Shown here: positions 37,283-51,351 of the stretch, piece by piece
How positions within the stretch are numbered: position 1 is the stretch's first letter
Layout: the number at the start of each line of letters is the position of its first letter
NCBI RefSeq assembly: GCF_001194135.2
Contig: NC_068994.1
Span: 20,808,215 to 20,872,214, forward strand
DNA length: 64,000 nt
Direction of reading: 5' to 3'
Origin: Octopus bimaculoides
Taxonomy: Eukaryota
Made by a program: the position numbers and the translations under genes
Notes under the pieces: generated by a model
Databases searched by the model: none
Told to the model about the DNA's origin: nothing
The model's input: the letters and a program-made list of their open reading frames with translations, nothing else

Positions 37283-37620
37283 AATGAAAATTTCTTGCAT
37301 AAGGTGCAGGTGTGGCTGTGTGGCAAGAAGCTTACTTCCCAACCACATTGTTCTGGGTTCATTCCCACTGTGTGGCATCTTAGGCAAGTGTCTTCTAGTA
37401 TAGCCTTGGGCCAACCAAAGCCTTGTGAGTGGATTTGGTAGACGGAAACTGAAAGAAGCCTGTCATATGTGTGTGTGTGTGTTTGTTATCAACCACTGCT
37501 TGGTGGTGTGTTTACATCCCCATAACTAAGCAGTTCGGCACAAGAAGCTGACAGAATAAGTGCTAGGCTTAACAAAAAAATAAGTACAGGGATTGATTCA
37601 TTCAGCTAAAAAAATTCTTC
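37283..37620 (+). mobile_element. SINE family A, near full length
   Basis: ggtgcaggtgtggctgtgtggcaagaagcttacttcccaaccac...gggcc.accaaagccttgtgagtggatttggtagacggaaactgaaagaagcc. Confidence 0.85.
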
Positions 37621-37633
37621 AGTCATTAGACTG

Positions 37634-38505
37634 CATGGCTACCACCATTCTTCCAGTCCTTCCAAGCTTGTTTCTTAATGGTCCTGTCAACAACATTGTC
37701 CCACCACCACGTTACCTTGGGTCAAGAGGGGACTTTGCACCACCAACAGATCTGGTCAGTGACCCTCAGCAGTTTGTCCCGTAGAAACCTCCAGTTGTCT
37801 TCCACATCATGTGATGCTATATCCCCCTCTATTTCATCAAAAGCTTCAAGTAATATATCTCTAAATCTCTGTCCATTCGCAGGATCTTTAAGCTTCCAGA
37901 CCCTTCTCCTCCATACTGGTCATCTTTTGGGCATCCGTTTAGCCTTGATCCTGAAGTTGCTAACTACTAGTCTATGTTGTGGGGTACATTCTTTGCCTGG
38001 GAAGGTTTTGGCATTTATAAACCGCCATCTTTCCCTTTTTCTGGTGAGGATGTAGTCAATTTGACTAGTGTGTCTACCAGATCGGTAGGTGACTAGCTGA
38101 CTGGCAAGTTTCCTGAAGTTAGTATTGCATCCAGCAGCCTGGTTCCCTCCTCATTGCGAGAACCAAAACCATAGCCTCCATGTATGCCATGGAAGCCCCC
38201 TGCATGTTGTCGAACATGTCCANNNNNNNNNNATGCCATGGAAGCCCCCTGCATGTTGTCGAACATGTCCATTGAAGTCACCAGCCACAAAGAGAAGATC
38301 CCTGTCATTCGTCAACGAGGTAGTCAGTAAGAGAGTGTCATAAAATTGGTCTTTCTGTCCATCAGGTAGCCCCGGCTGAGAGGCATTGGCTGAGATAATG
38401 GTTGCTAACCCATGACGTAGCATTAATCTAATCTTAAGTATTCTATTGCAGACTGACTACCTCTATTACCTTATCAACCCATTTCTCCGCAAGAAGTATG
38501 CCCAC
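37634..38505 (-). mobile_element. RTE-clade LINE fragment: apurinic-like endonuclease domain and linker, pseudogenised
   Basis: Translations GILLAEKWVDKVIEV, TIISANASQPGLPDGQKDQFYD, LFVAGDFNGHV and HGGYGFGSRNEEGTRLL are RTE APE motifs. Stops and frameshifts present. Confidence 0.9.
38223..38232. other. 10-N assembly gap with a 39-bp overlap duplicated on both sides
   Basis: 38184-38222 equals 38233-38271. Confidence 0.95.
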
Positions 38506-39399
38506 TTAGAATGAAGTAGCGGAATCCAAGTGAGCTAGTTTATGTAGGGTGGGGTGGTGGAGGAGGGGGAAGTGTTGGAGAAGCAAGTGGTTATCGAGAC
38601 AGAGAGAGAGAGGACCAGAGTTAGGCTGGTCAAGGATGGAACACGAGAGAGAAAAATATTCTAGGCAAAAGAGCCCAAGGAATTGGTAGACAGTAAAAAA
38701 GTAAAACAATAAGATAATAGCAAACAAGAAACAGTGGGGCATAAAAAAGTGATATCAACAGTAACAATAAAGATACATTAGTAGATAACAGTAATTAAAC
38801 CCACTCTCCTGAGTCACATGTCTCTCATTGTCATTTACTACAATCACCTTTATCCTATCTCTCCTTAGGTTCTCATGAAACTTCCCTCTCTATCTTTCAT
38901 TTCTTTACATATCTTCTGGCTCGTTACATTCTGAATTCAAACTCTATCAAGGTCTATTTTGCTTTTCATCCCTTTGGGATTGCTAAAATAATTGTAATGC
39001 TGAAAAACTAGTACATTTCAGGCATGACTATCCCAACTTGTTTTTCCGGTATAGTGTCTCTTGGACTACATTATTGTATCCTCAATAAGGTAAAATTATT
39101 AGTGGCCGAGACTTCTGGTGATTTGTTGTGCTTGAGAAGATGTGTCAAGCTAAGTGTAATGGTGGTCAAGACCAGTGCCAGTGACACAAAAAAGACACAC
39201 AATACACTCTGTAGAGTGGTTGGCTTTAGGAAACTAAGCCAAAACAAACTGACACATCTCCCACACCATCTCTCTCTCTCTCTTTGTCTGTCTATCTATT
39301 TATCTATCTCTCTAAGTCTCTCTTTTCTTTTCCAACTGGAGTATCTTTGTATTACTTCTACAGCCAGACTCCTCTCTCTATTCCCCTATAATTCTTTTT

Positions 39400-39690
39400 A
39401 GCCTTTCATCATCTGCCACAAAGCCACCTCCCTCAGTACTAGTCCCCTTCCTAGTTGAGGGGTCTTTGTCTTGCAAGTTATTTGGTACCCCTGGCAGTGC
39501 TGGTGCCACATGAAAAGCACCTTGTGCACTCTGTAAAATGGTTGGCATTAAGAAGGGCATCCAGTCATAGAAACCATGCCATAGCAAACAGTAGAGCTTG
39601 TTGCAGTCCTCTGGTTTTCCAGCTCTTGTCAAACTCTCCAATCCATGCCCGGAAGGAAAATGGGCATTAAATAATAATAATAATAATGAC
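39400..39690 (+). mobile_element. RTE-type 3' tail element with an extended 5' segment
   Basis: aaagccacctccctcagtacta...gtgccacatgaaaagcacc...aagggcatccagtcatagaaac. The same layout occurs at 51460-51775. Confidence 0.7.
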
Positions 39691-41081
39691 AATGACGTAA
39701 CTGCAGCTGCAAAATAACAAAAAGATCTTCAAGAGGGTGGTGGAATGCATCCATATAGGTGATTCTCAGCACTTTACACAACTCTGGATTGTTCTCAGTT
39801 CTTGTCACCAACTTAGAGCCACATACTACGAGCATAATTTCACCACTTGCACCTACCTTTCATGAAATTTACTGGAGAACTACACCTCTCTCACTACACT
39901 CAAAATACTTGAAGTTGATAAAGGTTTGGTCTTGCAACTGCATATTTTTACATTCATTTGGAATATTTTGTCTTCAAGTTTGTCACTGATAGATGTTTAT
40001 ATAAACTCAGTGTGTTTGTAGATTCTAAAGGACATAGAAAGGAAACCCTAAAGTGACTACCTGGTTGATACTTTGTTGTGCTGCTTACACCAAGTGCTCA
40101 CTTTTAATTCCTGTCCTCTTATTGCACTTTATTTAAATATAAAATGCATTCTTTGTTCAGTCTGACATGAATCTCAATAGTTCAATTTATGACTAATGTT
40201 TCCTTGGAAGAGGTAAATATCCCGATTTAGCCCTTTTGATACCAGCCTGCTTGACACAACCTCTGGTTCTATGTTACAAAATTCTTGTTTTAAAGAGACC
40301 TAAATCAAAACCATCCATCAAAATTTCATGTTAATTTATGTTCCAAACACCAGCTTAATGACGATAGTATTTTACTAAATTCTTCATAATTTTTAAAATT
40401 AATTGAAACAGTGGAAGTACATTTCATTAGAAATATAGTAACAAAAGTATTAACAATTCTTCTACCTTAAAACCTTTCAAAATCTTGACTATTTAGCCAC
40501 TTCTTGTCCTCTTATTGCTAAGTTTTGCTGCACAAATTTTTATTATTCTGAATCAATATATTTGTAGATTTAAAAACTATAGTCATAATAAAGAAGAATT
40601 AGCTGCTACTGGTGGTGGTGGTTTTTAGCTCAAGTGCAACAAAGAAACAAGCTTAACAATACAGTGCAACAGCACACAAACCATGGGACATGTATATATG
40701 TCCACAGGAAAAGATAATAGAAATGTATGATACATACATGGAATGTTATATATTCATAAATGAATAATAAATATATTAATATATAATTTTTAAAATAAAT
40801 GCAAATTATGATAAGATATGATGATAAAAAAAAGTTCTAAACTTGTGTTTTTGATGAATGGAAATAGAGAAGACAGTTGTATAAATCTGACAGAGATCAA
40901 GAAGTCTATGAAATTGAATTTATCAGAATTTCTTTTTTTTTAAATAATTAATAAATGATAATGTCTCTCAGTCTACATTACTCAATGTGTCCTTGGGTAA
41001 TGTAGACTGAGTAGGATGTGATTTAAGGGAGATTCGGCTGATATTTTTAGCAGGATGTGTGACTGCAAAGAAATTCCTTTA

Positions 41082-41112
<31 letters not shown>

Positions 41113-43890
41113 GAGAGAGAGAGTGGGGAGAGTTTGTCTCCTGTTAAAGAAGCCAAACAACTTGCTCTAATTTTGCACCAATGTTTCCAACATTTTATCT
41201 CATTCTAGTGTCTTCACTACCTCAACAATCAGATTCTATACCCTTGTTCCAGCTGCCTTATTTCTTATCTTTACCCCCTCCCAACTTATCTCCACTCATC
41301 TCTTTTTCTATCCGCCCCAAGGACTTATTTTCACACATCCTTCTCTCCATAAGCTTTATTTCATCTTTTGCCATTTATCACTTTCACTACTTTCTCCTCT
41401 TCCTTCTCTTTCATTCTCCTCCTCCTCCTACATCATCTAATTATGTTGCTGCTCTCTTACAGTATGTCCTCTCTTTCTGTTATCTTCTCATGTTGAAATT
41501 CAAGCTTTTTTCTCCAATCCACTGTTTATTGTCTGGATTATCTTGAACAGATGTCAAAAAACTGCTACCATCCATAATATCCAGACCATCACCACCATCA
41601 CCATTTCAAAAATTTAAATTCAACCAAATCCCTTCCTCTGAAATAGTTACATAGTTCACACATACACATACATGAGCATACATGCATGTACGCATGCACA
41701 AGCACACACATCCACACACATACATACATCCACACACATACACGCATGCATGTGCGTGCACACACACACACACACCTCTATATATACACACATACACACA
41801 CCTCTATATATACACACATACACACACTCATTCTTTCTTTCTTGTCCAGTAATATTTTATAGACTTTAGAACAGTGGTTCTCAACCCTTTATGATCCCTA
41901 TTTTACTCCTAAGTAGTCAATGATTTAAAAAATTCTATTATATTTTTATAATTAAAAATTATCAGAAAAAATATATTTAAAAATTGTTAAGTTATTTTGT
42001 GTATTATAGAAGTATAACCAATTCATTGCACATAAATTTTAACAGCAAAATTGATGCACCCAAGGGTAGTCCACTACTAGGATCTAAGCAAAACATTCAG
42101 ACTGTATTTCAAACTGATTTTAAAACAATATTCAAAAAAGAGTGAAACTTTTAGGATTTATGGAGGGGGAAGGGGGTTAAAAAGTGGGGAAAATTTTTTT
42201 TCTTTTCAAAATCATATGAATTCCCATGTGTAGAACACTAATTCATAAAAATTTTCTGAAAATTCCAAAAGATAAAAAAGTTATGAGGGGTTATATGAGG
42301 TGCTTAATCCAGAATTCTGCTGCAAACATGAATATAGAATACAGAAAAGAAAAGTGAAATGTATTGTGCAAAGTACACAACAATAACCTCCATATTGTGG
42401 GTAAAGAGTTAAGCTCTGTCTTTAGTGCATGAGACAGTTGGTTATGTTCCAAAGTACTTTCATTTTTGAGTTTTGACCCTTAAAAAGAATAAATATGTTA
42501 ACCCTATGATTATAAATTTAGATAGTTACTGATTTATATGTCAATTTATTTAGCATTGCTGTTTTGTTCATACTAGCATAAGTTCATTGTAAGAATGTGT
42601 GTGAAGGTTTCATATAACAAGATTATAACCAAATAGCTGAGATACTTTTCCTTGTGTCAACCACCTCAACCATATCGTTGGAGTAGCATCTAGATTTCAA
42701 GCTAATTAAACTAGATTATATTTGTATTTTCTTAGTTGTTAGACCAGATAGACAGTGGACTATTTGTGGACATATTTAAGATGAGGACTCACTCATTTTA
42801 CAGAACTTACTGAGTAGTTTTGATTAGAAATTTCTGTTTTTGATAGAGATAAATGTGTGTGTGTGTGTGTGTGCAGCAATTGAAATACCCAAATACATAA
42901 GATAATGGATCACTAGTTTTAGGGTTTGGAGTTCAAATCTGCTGCAGGTATTTGCAAATCTTGAGAAAAACACCTAATTCTCTGTCATTTAATTGTTATT
43001 GTGAGCACACCTTTCTTCTCCCTGATCAACCTTTATTAAACTGACCTTATGACAAGGTGTAGTGTGAAGGAGGTTTGGCTTTTATTTTTGCTTGTCAAAT
43101 AACTGTGCCAGAGCTTTTCATTGTCTCATTTAGTTGTTGACAGCAATTCCTTTGGCCAATAGAATTGATCACGTATTGATAAATATTTCTGTTATCAAAA
43201 ACAAATTGTCCTTTAAGAAATATATGGAATACGAATCCCTTTTTTCAAATTTGTGTTTGCATGTGTGGAGAGAGAGAGAGAGAATGAGAGTGAGAGTGAT
43301 GATGACAATGTTTCAGTGGATATATTGCTTAACTTCTTAATCTCTTTAGATGGAATTCAAAATATAATAAATCAGTCCCAGTCTTAATTCTTTGACATTT
43401 TTTTTCCTTCACATGTACCATTTACTTTCTCTCTGCCTCTGCAATCCTGTAATCTCCTCTCTCTCTCTCCGTAGAGAGAGAGAGAGAGTGTCAAGCCACT
43501 TGTATTTCTAAAGGTATCTCAGCAAATTTTTATGGTGTCCTAGAGCAGTTCAAGTGTCAAAGATACTCTCTGAAGTATTTTGGCTTAGCCCATACAAGAA
43601 TAAAAACCATAAAATAAAAGTTATTTCTCTGATTTAGAACTTGTAGGACACTTGACTTCTTCATACTGGCCCACCTGAAACCATCCCTTGTCATACAGTG
43701 ATCAAAATTAAAACCTTTCATCAAAATTTCACATTAATTTGTGTTCCAAACACCAGCTTAATGAGGATAAATTCTCCATTGCTTTAAAAACTGAAATGAA
43801 AGTATATTTCAACAGAAATATAACAAAAGGGATTAAAGGAAAAATCATTATTGTCAATTGAATTGGCTTTAATATGTTACTGCTTGTTAA

Positions 43891-44103
43891 GGCAATGAGC
43901 TGGCAGAATTGTTAGCATGCTGGGCAAAATGCTTAGTGGCATTTTGTCCATCTTTACGTTCTGAGTTCAAATTCTGTTGAGGTTGACCTTGCCTTTCATC
44001 CTTTCAGGGTTAATAAAATAAGTACCGGTTGAGCACTGGGATGAATATAATCAACTTACCCCCTCCCTTGAAATTGTTGACCTTGTGCCAGAATTTGAAA
44101 TCA
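43891..44103 (+). mobile_element. SINE family B, full length
   Basis: ggcaatgagctggcagaattgttagc (A-box-like), gagttcaaattc (B box), gaccttgcctttcatcctttc...ataagtacc.gttgagcactggg...ccttgtgccagaatttgaaatca. Degenerate copies lie near 7040-7140, 44905-45050 and 45310-45540. Confidence 0.8.
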
Positions 44104-47100
44104 ATATGTTACTGCTTATTATGTTATGAAATAAATTTTTTAAATAGTGAGAATTCTTTAAATCCATTTAAAGAATACAAAACTTAGGTGGCTCTCACAT
44201 AGTTTTGAACTCAAAACTATGTCTACTACATTTTTATTTGTCCTTCAAGTTATCACTCTTTTACTGGTTTCACTCAGATCCATGATGCAAATTGCAGGAC
44301 AAAACACAAATGTAATGAAGCTTTATGGTATTATATGGGTGTGCACACATCCCAGTTATCACTATCTTTGCTGTCGAGGAGATAGATCAAGTGGGAAGGG
44401 TGACTCAGAACGACTGTGACCTATTCTCATTTGCAGGAGGCTGCTAGAAATCCTATCTGTTGCAAACCAACTTAAAGCTGACTGCCACAACTTGCTTTCT
44501 CTGTCTTTGTCTTCATGAACTCACCCACAACACAATTGACAGTGAAAATAGTTTCCCTCCAACATAGCTAAAGAACCTTATCTATGCCTCTCCCACCTTG
44601 ATGTTCTGACAAGAACTTGGGGGGGGGGGCATCCTTCTCTGAGTCACCTAACAGCATGCTCATTTACCATCTCTGTTATTTCTATCCCCATATGTGCATA
44701 TACAACAAACACATGTATACTAAGAGAAACACCACCCTTTGGGCAGTTTTCTTACAGGTAATGTAATATATCACTTTGTTTTTCTGTATATATTGGATAT
44801 ATTGTTCAATATGTCCATTCCTAATTTAAGATAGTAAAATATTATTTGAAAGATAATTGGCAGCTATTTCTAGCTAACTCAGCAACTGTACAAAGACTTG
44901 CCCTTATTAACTTGAGCTGTTAGAGCTGCTGAACTATTGGATAAAATACCTTGCAGTATTTGTTCTTACATACTGCTGTCTGAGCTCAAATCCCTCCAAG
45001 GTCATTTTGCCTTTCATTCTTTCAGGATTTGATAAAATTGTTATCAATTCAGGGTGGTGGATTGATGGAATTATTAATATATATTCTGGTTTTTTGCCTT
45101 CTGATAATAATGCCTACAACGCAGGTACCAAGCCATACTGGCCCAAATCAGCAGGCTTCCTTTGAATAAAAATCAATGGCATGGAGAGGGGAGACTTACA
45201 TGTACTTCCTCAAAGTATCTTGCCCAGGCCTGTGCAGACATGTGCAGATGCAAGGTCAAACTTGATTGATGACAACCAGGTTATAGTCACCTTCTGTAAA
45301 TCGTAGTTGGCCATAGATCTATTATAACATATTAAAATACTGGACAAAGTGTTTTGCAGTATTTAATTGTTTAATGATTTCAAATTCTTCAGAGCTCAAC
45401 TTTGCCTTTCATACTTTTATAAAATAAAATAAGCACCAGTCGAGTTAACGGTGTCCAGCTAATTAGCTATATCCCAGCTCCGAAATAAATAAATAAGTAA
45501 ATAGCTATAATTTGGGTCTTGTGCCCTATTTTAGAAATCATTATTAATTCACTGAGCGCCAAGTTCTCAGTAGGCTCAGTCCCAGACTTCGACACAAAAA
45601 TTTGTATAAAAACAAATTTGAACCTGCATCAATATCATTTTGATTCAGATTGCTAACGCCTTCACAAAAGGTATGATCGTCACAACTTATCGTTTCTTTT
45701 CGCCTAAGAAAAATTATTTTATGTGTGAGAGAGAAAAGGTGGGGGGGGGGAAGAGAGATTACGAGGGAGTGGGGAGAGACAGCGCGGGAGCTTTCCTGGG
45801 ATGTCTTACTTAGCCTCAGGTTATTTCGAAATGATGAGGGTCACAGTGGTAGAAAACGCTGATGGGTTTAGTGGTTGAATAAGAAACAAAATAGTACCCG
45901 CGATTCATTTCCCTGTAAATGACTCATCCATGTCTGTTTATATAAATGCTATTGTTTGTGTGTATGAGAGAGAGAGAGAAAGATGGAGACAGACAGACAG
46001 AAATAGACAGACAGCAGAGACGTATGGCAAGCCTGCGGAAGGGAAAGGCGAGATAGAGATTATATAACATCACTATGGGTACAGAGTAACATTTGTGAGT
46101 CATAGCAACAGTTGCTACGCCAGTATTCAGTGGTCTCTTCGCGCTAAACGCTCTCTTTCTTCCTCCTCTTTCTTATTTATTGCCCTTTCTCTTTTCTGCT
46201 CTCACCCCTTGTATCTGTATACTGCTTCTTTTCCTCTTTCTCACGTGGTCCCAGTCGCCTTTCATTACTCTCTCTCTCTCTCTCTCCCTCCCTCATAATC
46301 AACTGTCAATAATTGACCACACGCACTCACACTGTAAACCTTATATTCGCTATGCCAACAACAGCAACAACACTGATGGATAATCAATAGGAGCCCTGTT
46401 TGCTGTGTGGATGGCAGAAATAGTAGTCGAGGACCACAAAACGACAATTATTTAATCATCATTACAATTAATTAATTTTGTATTTTTACGCTTTCATTTT
46501 TGACAAGTTTCTTGTGAGTGTTAAACAGTTTTGACTTTTCACTGATAATTTCATGTTCTTTAGTTATAGTTTGCCTATTTCATCCTAAAAACAAATATAC
46601 CCCTACATATACATTTTATATATTATATACATGTATTTGTTTATTTCAATGTGGAAGCTAATTTGGCAAGTTCGTGAAAGTTTTTTAAAATATTTTTATT
46701 CTACATTAACTTCTATAATGCCATTATAGCTTGTTTTAATTTTTATTTTAAATCATTGAAAATTATTTAGATCTTTCTATGGAAAGAATGTACATTCTAT
46801 GATAAATAAATGAAAAGAATGAAAAAGATGAATTAATTGAAAAATAATTATGGGAGATATGGTTTATAGAAAGAATTTTCTTTGAGGAAACCCATTATAA
46901 AGATTTCTTTCGCGTCAGTTGACTTGCATTTAGTTATTTTATTAGTATTGATTTCTTGCAATCTCTTTCGTGATCATATGGGATCGTTTCGATGTATATG
47001 AAAGCACCTTTGCTTTAGTGATGCCTCCACATATATATGTATCTAAACACGAAATTACATATCCATATCTAGATGCACACATACACATAATGCAGCTACA

Positions 47101-48639
47101 CATGTATTATTCCATGGAGTAACTTGCCATACAATATAGCTGACAAAAGTTTACGAATTAATTCCTAGAATAAAAGCTCCCAAATGTTTTCGTTCAATAT
47201 CGAATTAAAAGGTATTGACTGAAAATTCTACTCTGGCAACACGTCATGGATATGCAGCACCACAATGCAATTACACGCCGGACCTACTACATTTGACAAC
47301 ACCATACCATAAAATTACAACCTCAAGGGAGGACTCGTTGGACAGTGAGACAAGATGGTCAACGTTGTAATGTCTTCGATTAGGTTTGCTTAAACAGAAT
47401 TGGCCTGGGACTAAACAACTGCAAGCCATTAATTATATCTGTGCGGTATATATATATAGGCCACTTGTTTCTTCTCTCGCGGTATTTTGACAGCTTGATA
47501 ATTCAGTAAACACATGCTAAAAGAAAGAATTTAAAAGTGTTTGTGTGTGCTTACGTGCGTGCGCCCGGTCGTTGGTCTTATTCAGATTTGAATATGGATC
47601 GAACTTTGAATCACGCAAAACATCCCATTCAGTTCTTTGTTATCTAAACCATCGTTTATATTTTATTGTTTACATAATCGCGTGTAGATTACTGGTAGAG
47701 AATCTTAACTGTTTAGAATTTTGTTTCTTGAAACCTGTAGAAGCATTGTGTAGGGAAATTTTTTTATGGGTATTAACGATCGAAGCTTGTAGATGGAAAC
47801 AAGGGTTGCGCTTGACACATGATTTTACCTCATTATTAAAAAAAAATTTTGAGGAGTCCCATTTGTGATCGCTAGGTCTGGTAGTCACCAAATTTCCCTT
47901 TATTTACATTCTAATGGCAATGTGACCTTATAGATACACAATACTCAAGAAAAGAATGGGGTGGTCATGGTTGGAATGCCTTTGATCATAGATCTGTTCA
48001 GTCAATGTTGACCAGTAGTTCTCAGTCCCCGGAATAAAAACACTTTAGGCGCGTTAACCTTAAGTAACAGGCATAATAGGCTAGAAGGAATTTCGTGCTC
48101 CTCCCCTGTGCCTCTGATGTTGACCTTGTGTTAAACAAAGATGATTAAAAAAACTAATAAATAGGGACATAGTTTTTTTCTTTCTTTTGTTTCTCTCAGA
48201 ATTGTAATTTCCTATGCTTAAAACAATTTTAGAAAATAATATTGGTGTGAGGAACCGAAAATGAAGGGAAAAAAAAAAAATTTTTATAACTTTTCCCTAT
48301 TGTAAATAAGTAACAGCAAAGTAGAGTGCTTATTCCTAAACTGTCAAAAAAGGGAAGTGGAAATGTTCATTTTTCTTCAAGGGTTTAGTGACTACTAAAT
48401 GCCAAAACCTGATTTAGCAACAAAAATTTCCTCTTAAACCACTCTACTTTTCCAATTCCCAAAATAAAGAAATAAGGTGAACAAATAGCTCCTGTAAGTG
48501 TTCTGGACTTGAAGAATTCATTACTACTTTACTATGTAGTTAATTTGATCTGTTTTCTTAATGCTATGGGAATAAATCCTGGAGTTCATTTTACATATCC
48601 TCAGAAATTTCTCCTCTTGAGCTTCAGTCAATTTTAATA

Positions 48640-48830
48640 TCGTCATCATGATTTAACGTTCGTTTTCCATACTAGCATGGGTTGGACAGTTTGCCTGAAG
48701 CTGGCCTGCTGAAGAGCTACCTGGGCTCCTTATCTGTTTTGGCATTGTTTCTATGGCTGAATTCCCTTCCTAACACCAACCACTTTACTGGGTGATTTTA
48801 CATGGCACCAGCACCCACAAGCTCGCAAGG
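48640..48830 (-). mobile_element. RTE 3'-tail fragment
   Basis: catcatgatttaacgttcgttttccatactagcatgggttggacagtttg...ttcctaacaccaaccacttt. Confidence 0.75.
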
Positions 48831-48914
48831 TTAGGATCACTCAGCTAAAGAGGGATACAGGGGACATGCCTCTATGCAAGGATAACTACATTGTTATATG
48901 TTTTATAAAATTCA

Positions 48915-51351
48915 CCCCTCAACATAGACTAGTAGTTAGCGACTTTGGGATCAGGGCTAAATGGATGCCCAGAAGACAACGAGCATGGAGGAGAAGGGTC
49001 TGGAAGCTTAAAGATCCTGCAAATGGACAGAGATTTAGAGACATATTACTTGAAGCCAATGTTCTGCACCGTGAGGACTTGAAGTATTTTGTGTTGCAAG
49101 ACAGTGTGTGAGAGAGAATCGTGATGTCGTAGGAGAGAAATGTGTCTGCATGGACGATGATAAACGAGGCTGCAAAGAGAGAGGTTTGGAGATGCCACTA
49201 TGAAAGGTTGCTTAATAAAGAGAATGAATGGGAGAAAGAGAGTCTGCCGAATGTCGACCCAACAGAAGGACCAGCTATCCGAATTGACAGTACATTGTAG
49301 ATAAAGTAATTAAGAGTATGAAGATAGGGAAAGTCCCCAGTCCATCAGAAATCACCGCAGAGATGCTCAAAATCTGGCGGTGTCGGCTATAGCCTAGTCA
49401 CCCATATAATTAACCAGGTGATACATGAAGGAGTCATACCCAATGATTGGTGTAGCAGCACCATAGTCAACTGCTACAAAGGTAAAGGTGATGCTTTAGA
49501 TACAAATAACTACAGAGGTATCAAATTGTTGGATCAGGTAATGAAAGTCACAGAGAGGGACATAGCCCAACTAATTAGGTAGAGAGTCAGTTTAGATAAG
49601 ATGCAGTTTGGGTTCGTGCCAGGGAAAAGCACCACTGGTAAGACATTTCTGGTAAGACAGCTGCAGGAGAAATACCTAGTCAAAGATAAACCTCCGTACC
49701 TCGCTTTTGTTGACATGGAGAAAGCCTTTGACAGGGTCCCCCAATCCCTTATCTGGTGGTCAATGAGGAAACTAGGGATAGATGAATGGTTAGTGAGAGC
49801 TGTGTGAGCCATGTACAGGGATACTGTCAGTAAGGTGAGGGTTGGCAACGAGTACAGTGAAGAATTCCAGGTAGAGGTAGGGGTCCACCAAGGTTCTGTC
49901 CTCAGCCCCCTCCTATTTATCATAGTCCTCCAGGCAATAACAGAGGAATTCAAGATAGGATGCCCCTGGGAGCTCCTCTAAGCTGATGACCTTGCACTAA
50001 TTGCTGAGTCACTATCAAAACTAGAGAAGTTTCAGGTGTGGANNNNNNNNNNNNNNNNNNNNNNNNNNNNNNNNNNNNNNNNNNNNNNNNNNNNNNNNNN
50101 NNNNNNNNNNNNNNNNNNNNNNNNNNNNNNNNNNNNNNNNNNNNNNNNNNNNNNNNNNNNNNNNNNNNNNNNNNNNNNNNNNNNNNNNNNNNNNNNNNNN
50201 NNNNNNNNNNNNNNNNNNNNNNNNNNNNNNNNNNNNNNNNNNNNNNNNNNNNNNNNNNNNNNNNNNNNNNNNNNNNNNNNNNNNNNNNNNNNNNNNNNNN
50301 NNNNNNNNNNNNNNNNNNNNNNNNNNNNNNNNNNNNNNNNNNNNNNNNNNNNNNNNNNNNNNNNNNNNNNNNNNNNNNNNNNNNNNNNNNNNNNNNNNNN
50401 NNNNNNNNNNNNNNNNNNNNNNNNNNNNNNNNNNNNNNNNNNNNNNNNNNNNNNNNNNNNNNNNNNNNNNNNNCCTTGACTGCTGAGGACATGCGTAAGC
50501 TTGCAAGGAATGAAGCCAGTATGCTCCGCTGAATGTGTAATGTCAGTGTGCATACCCGACAGAGTGTAAGTACCTTGAGAGAAAAGTTGAACCAAAGAAG
50601 CATCAGTTGTGGTGTGCAAGAGAGACGACTGCACTGGTATGGTCATGTGTTGCGAATGGATGAGGATAGCTGTGTGAAAAAGTGTCACACCCTAGTGATT
50701 GAGGGAAACTGTGGAAGAGGTAGACCCAGGAAGACCTGGGATGAGGTGGTGAAGCACGACCTTCGAACATTAGGCCTCACCGAGGCAATGACTAGTGACT
50801 TAGACCTTTGGAAATATGCTGTGCTTGAGAAGACCCGGCAAGCCAAGTGAGACCATAACCTTTGGCCTATGCCAGGGGTGTAACCAGCCCACTTAGGAGT
50901 ACCTTTCTTTCATTGGACACTAAACTCTGCTTGTGAAGACCTGCTGAGGCAAGTGAAATCGAAATCAAATTTGATGACAGCACCGCATGACTGGCATCCG
51001 TGCTAGTGGAGCGCTAAGAGCACCATCCAAGCATGATCGTTGCCAAGGCTGCTGACTGGCCCCCATGCCGGTGGCACATAAAAGGCACCATTCGAGCGTG
51101 ATCGTTACCAGTGTTGCCTTACTGGCACTTGTGTCGGTGGTACGTTGAAAACAACATTCGAGTGAGGGTGTTGTGCAGGTGACATGTAAATACAGCATTT
51201 GAGTGTGGCCATTGCCAGTACTGCCTGACTGGCCCTCGTGCCAGTGGCACGTAAAAGCACCTGCTACATTCTCGGAGTGGTTGGCGTTAGGAAGGGCATC
51301 CAACTGTAGAAACTCTGCCAGATCAGATTGGAGCCTGGTGATGATGATGAT
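48915..51351 (+). mobile_element. 5'-truncated RTE-clade LINE (RT domain, C-terminus, 3' UTR), inactivated, contains a gap
   Basis: QHRLVVSDF (end of APE), MQFGFVPGKST, AFVDMEKAFDRVP, GVHQGSVLSPLLF, CPWELL*ADDL (YADD Tyr codon is TAA at 49979-49981), RRLHWYGHVLRM and GRGRPRKTW; stop at 50850; (GAT)n tail. Confidence 0.95.
50043..50473. other. Assembly gap inside the RTE LINE
   Basis: N run. Confidence 1.

Noticed and set aside
38184-38271. 39-bp direct repeat inside the RTE endonuclease fragment
   Set aside because: It is a perfect duplicate on either side of a 10-N gap, i.e. an unmerged contig overlap.
39799-39923. Frame VLVTNLEPHTTSIISP echoing LEPHSTPSP of exon D
   Set aside because: The phase is incompatible with exon C, the donor (GTTTGG) is poor, and a 4-residue match is expected by chance.
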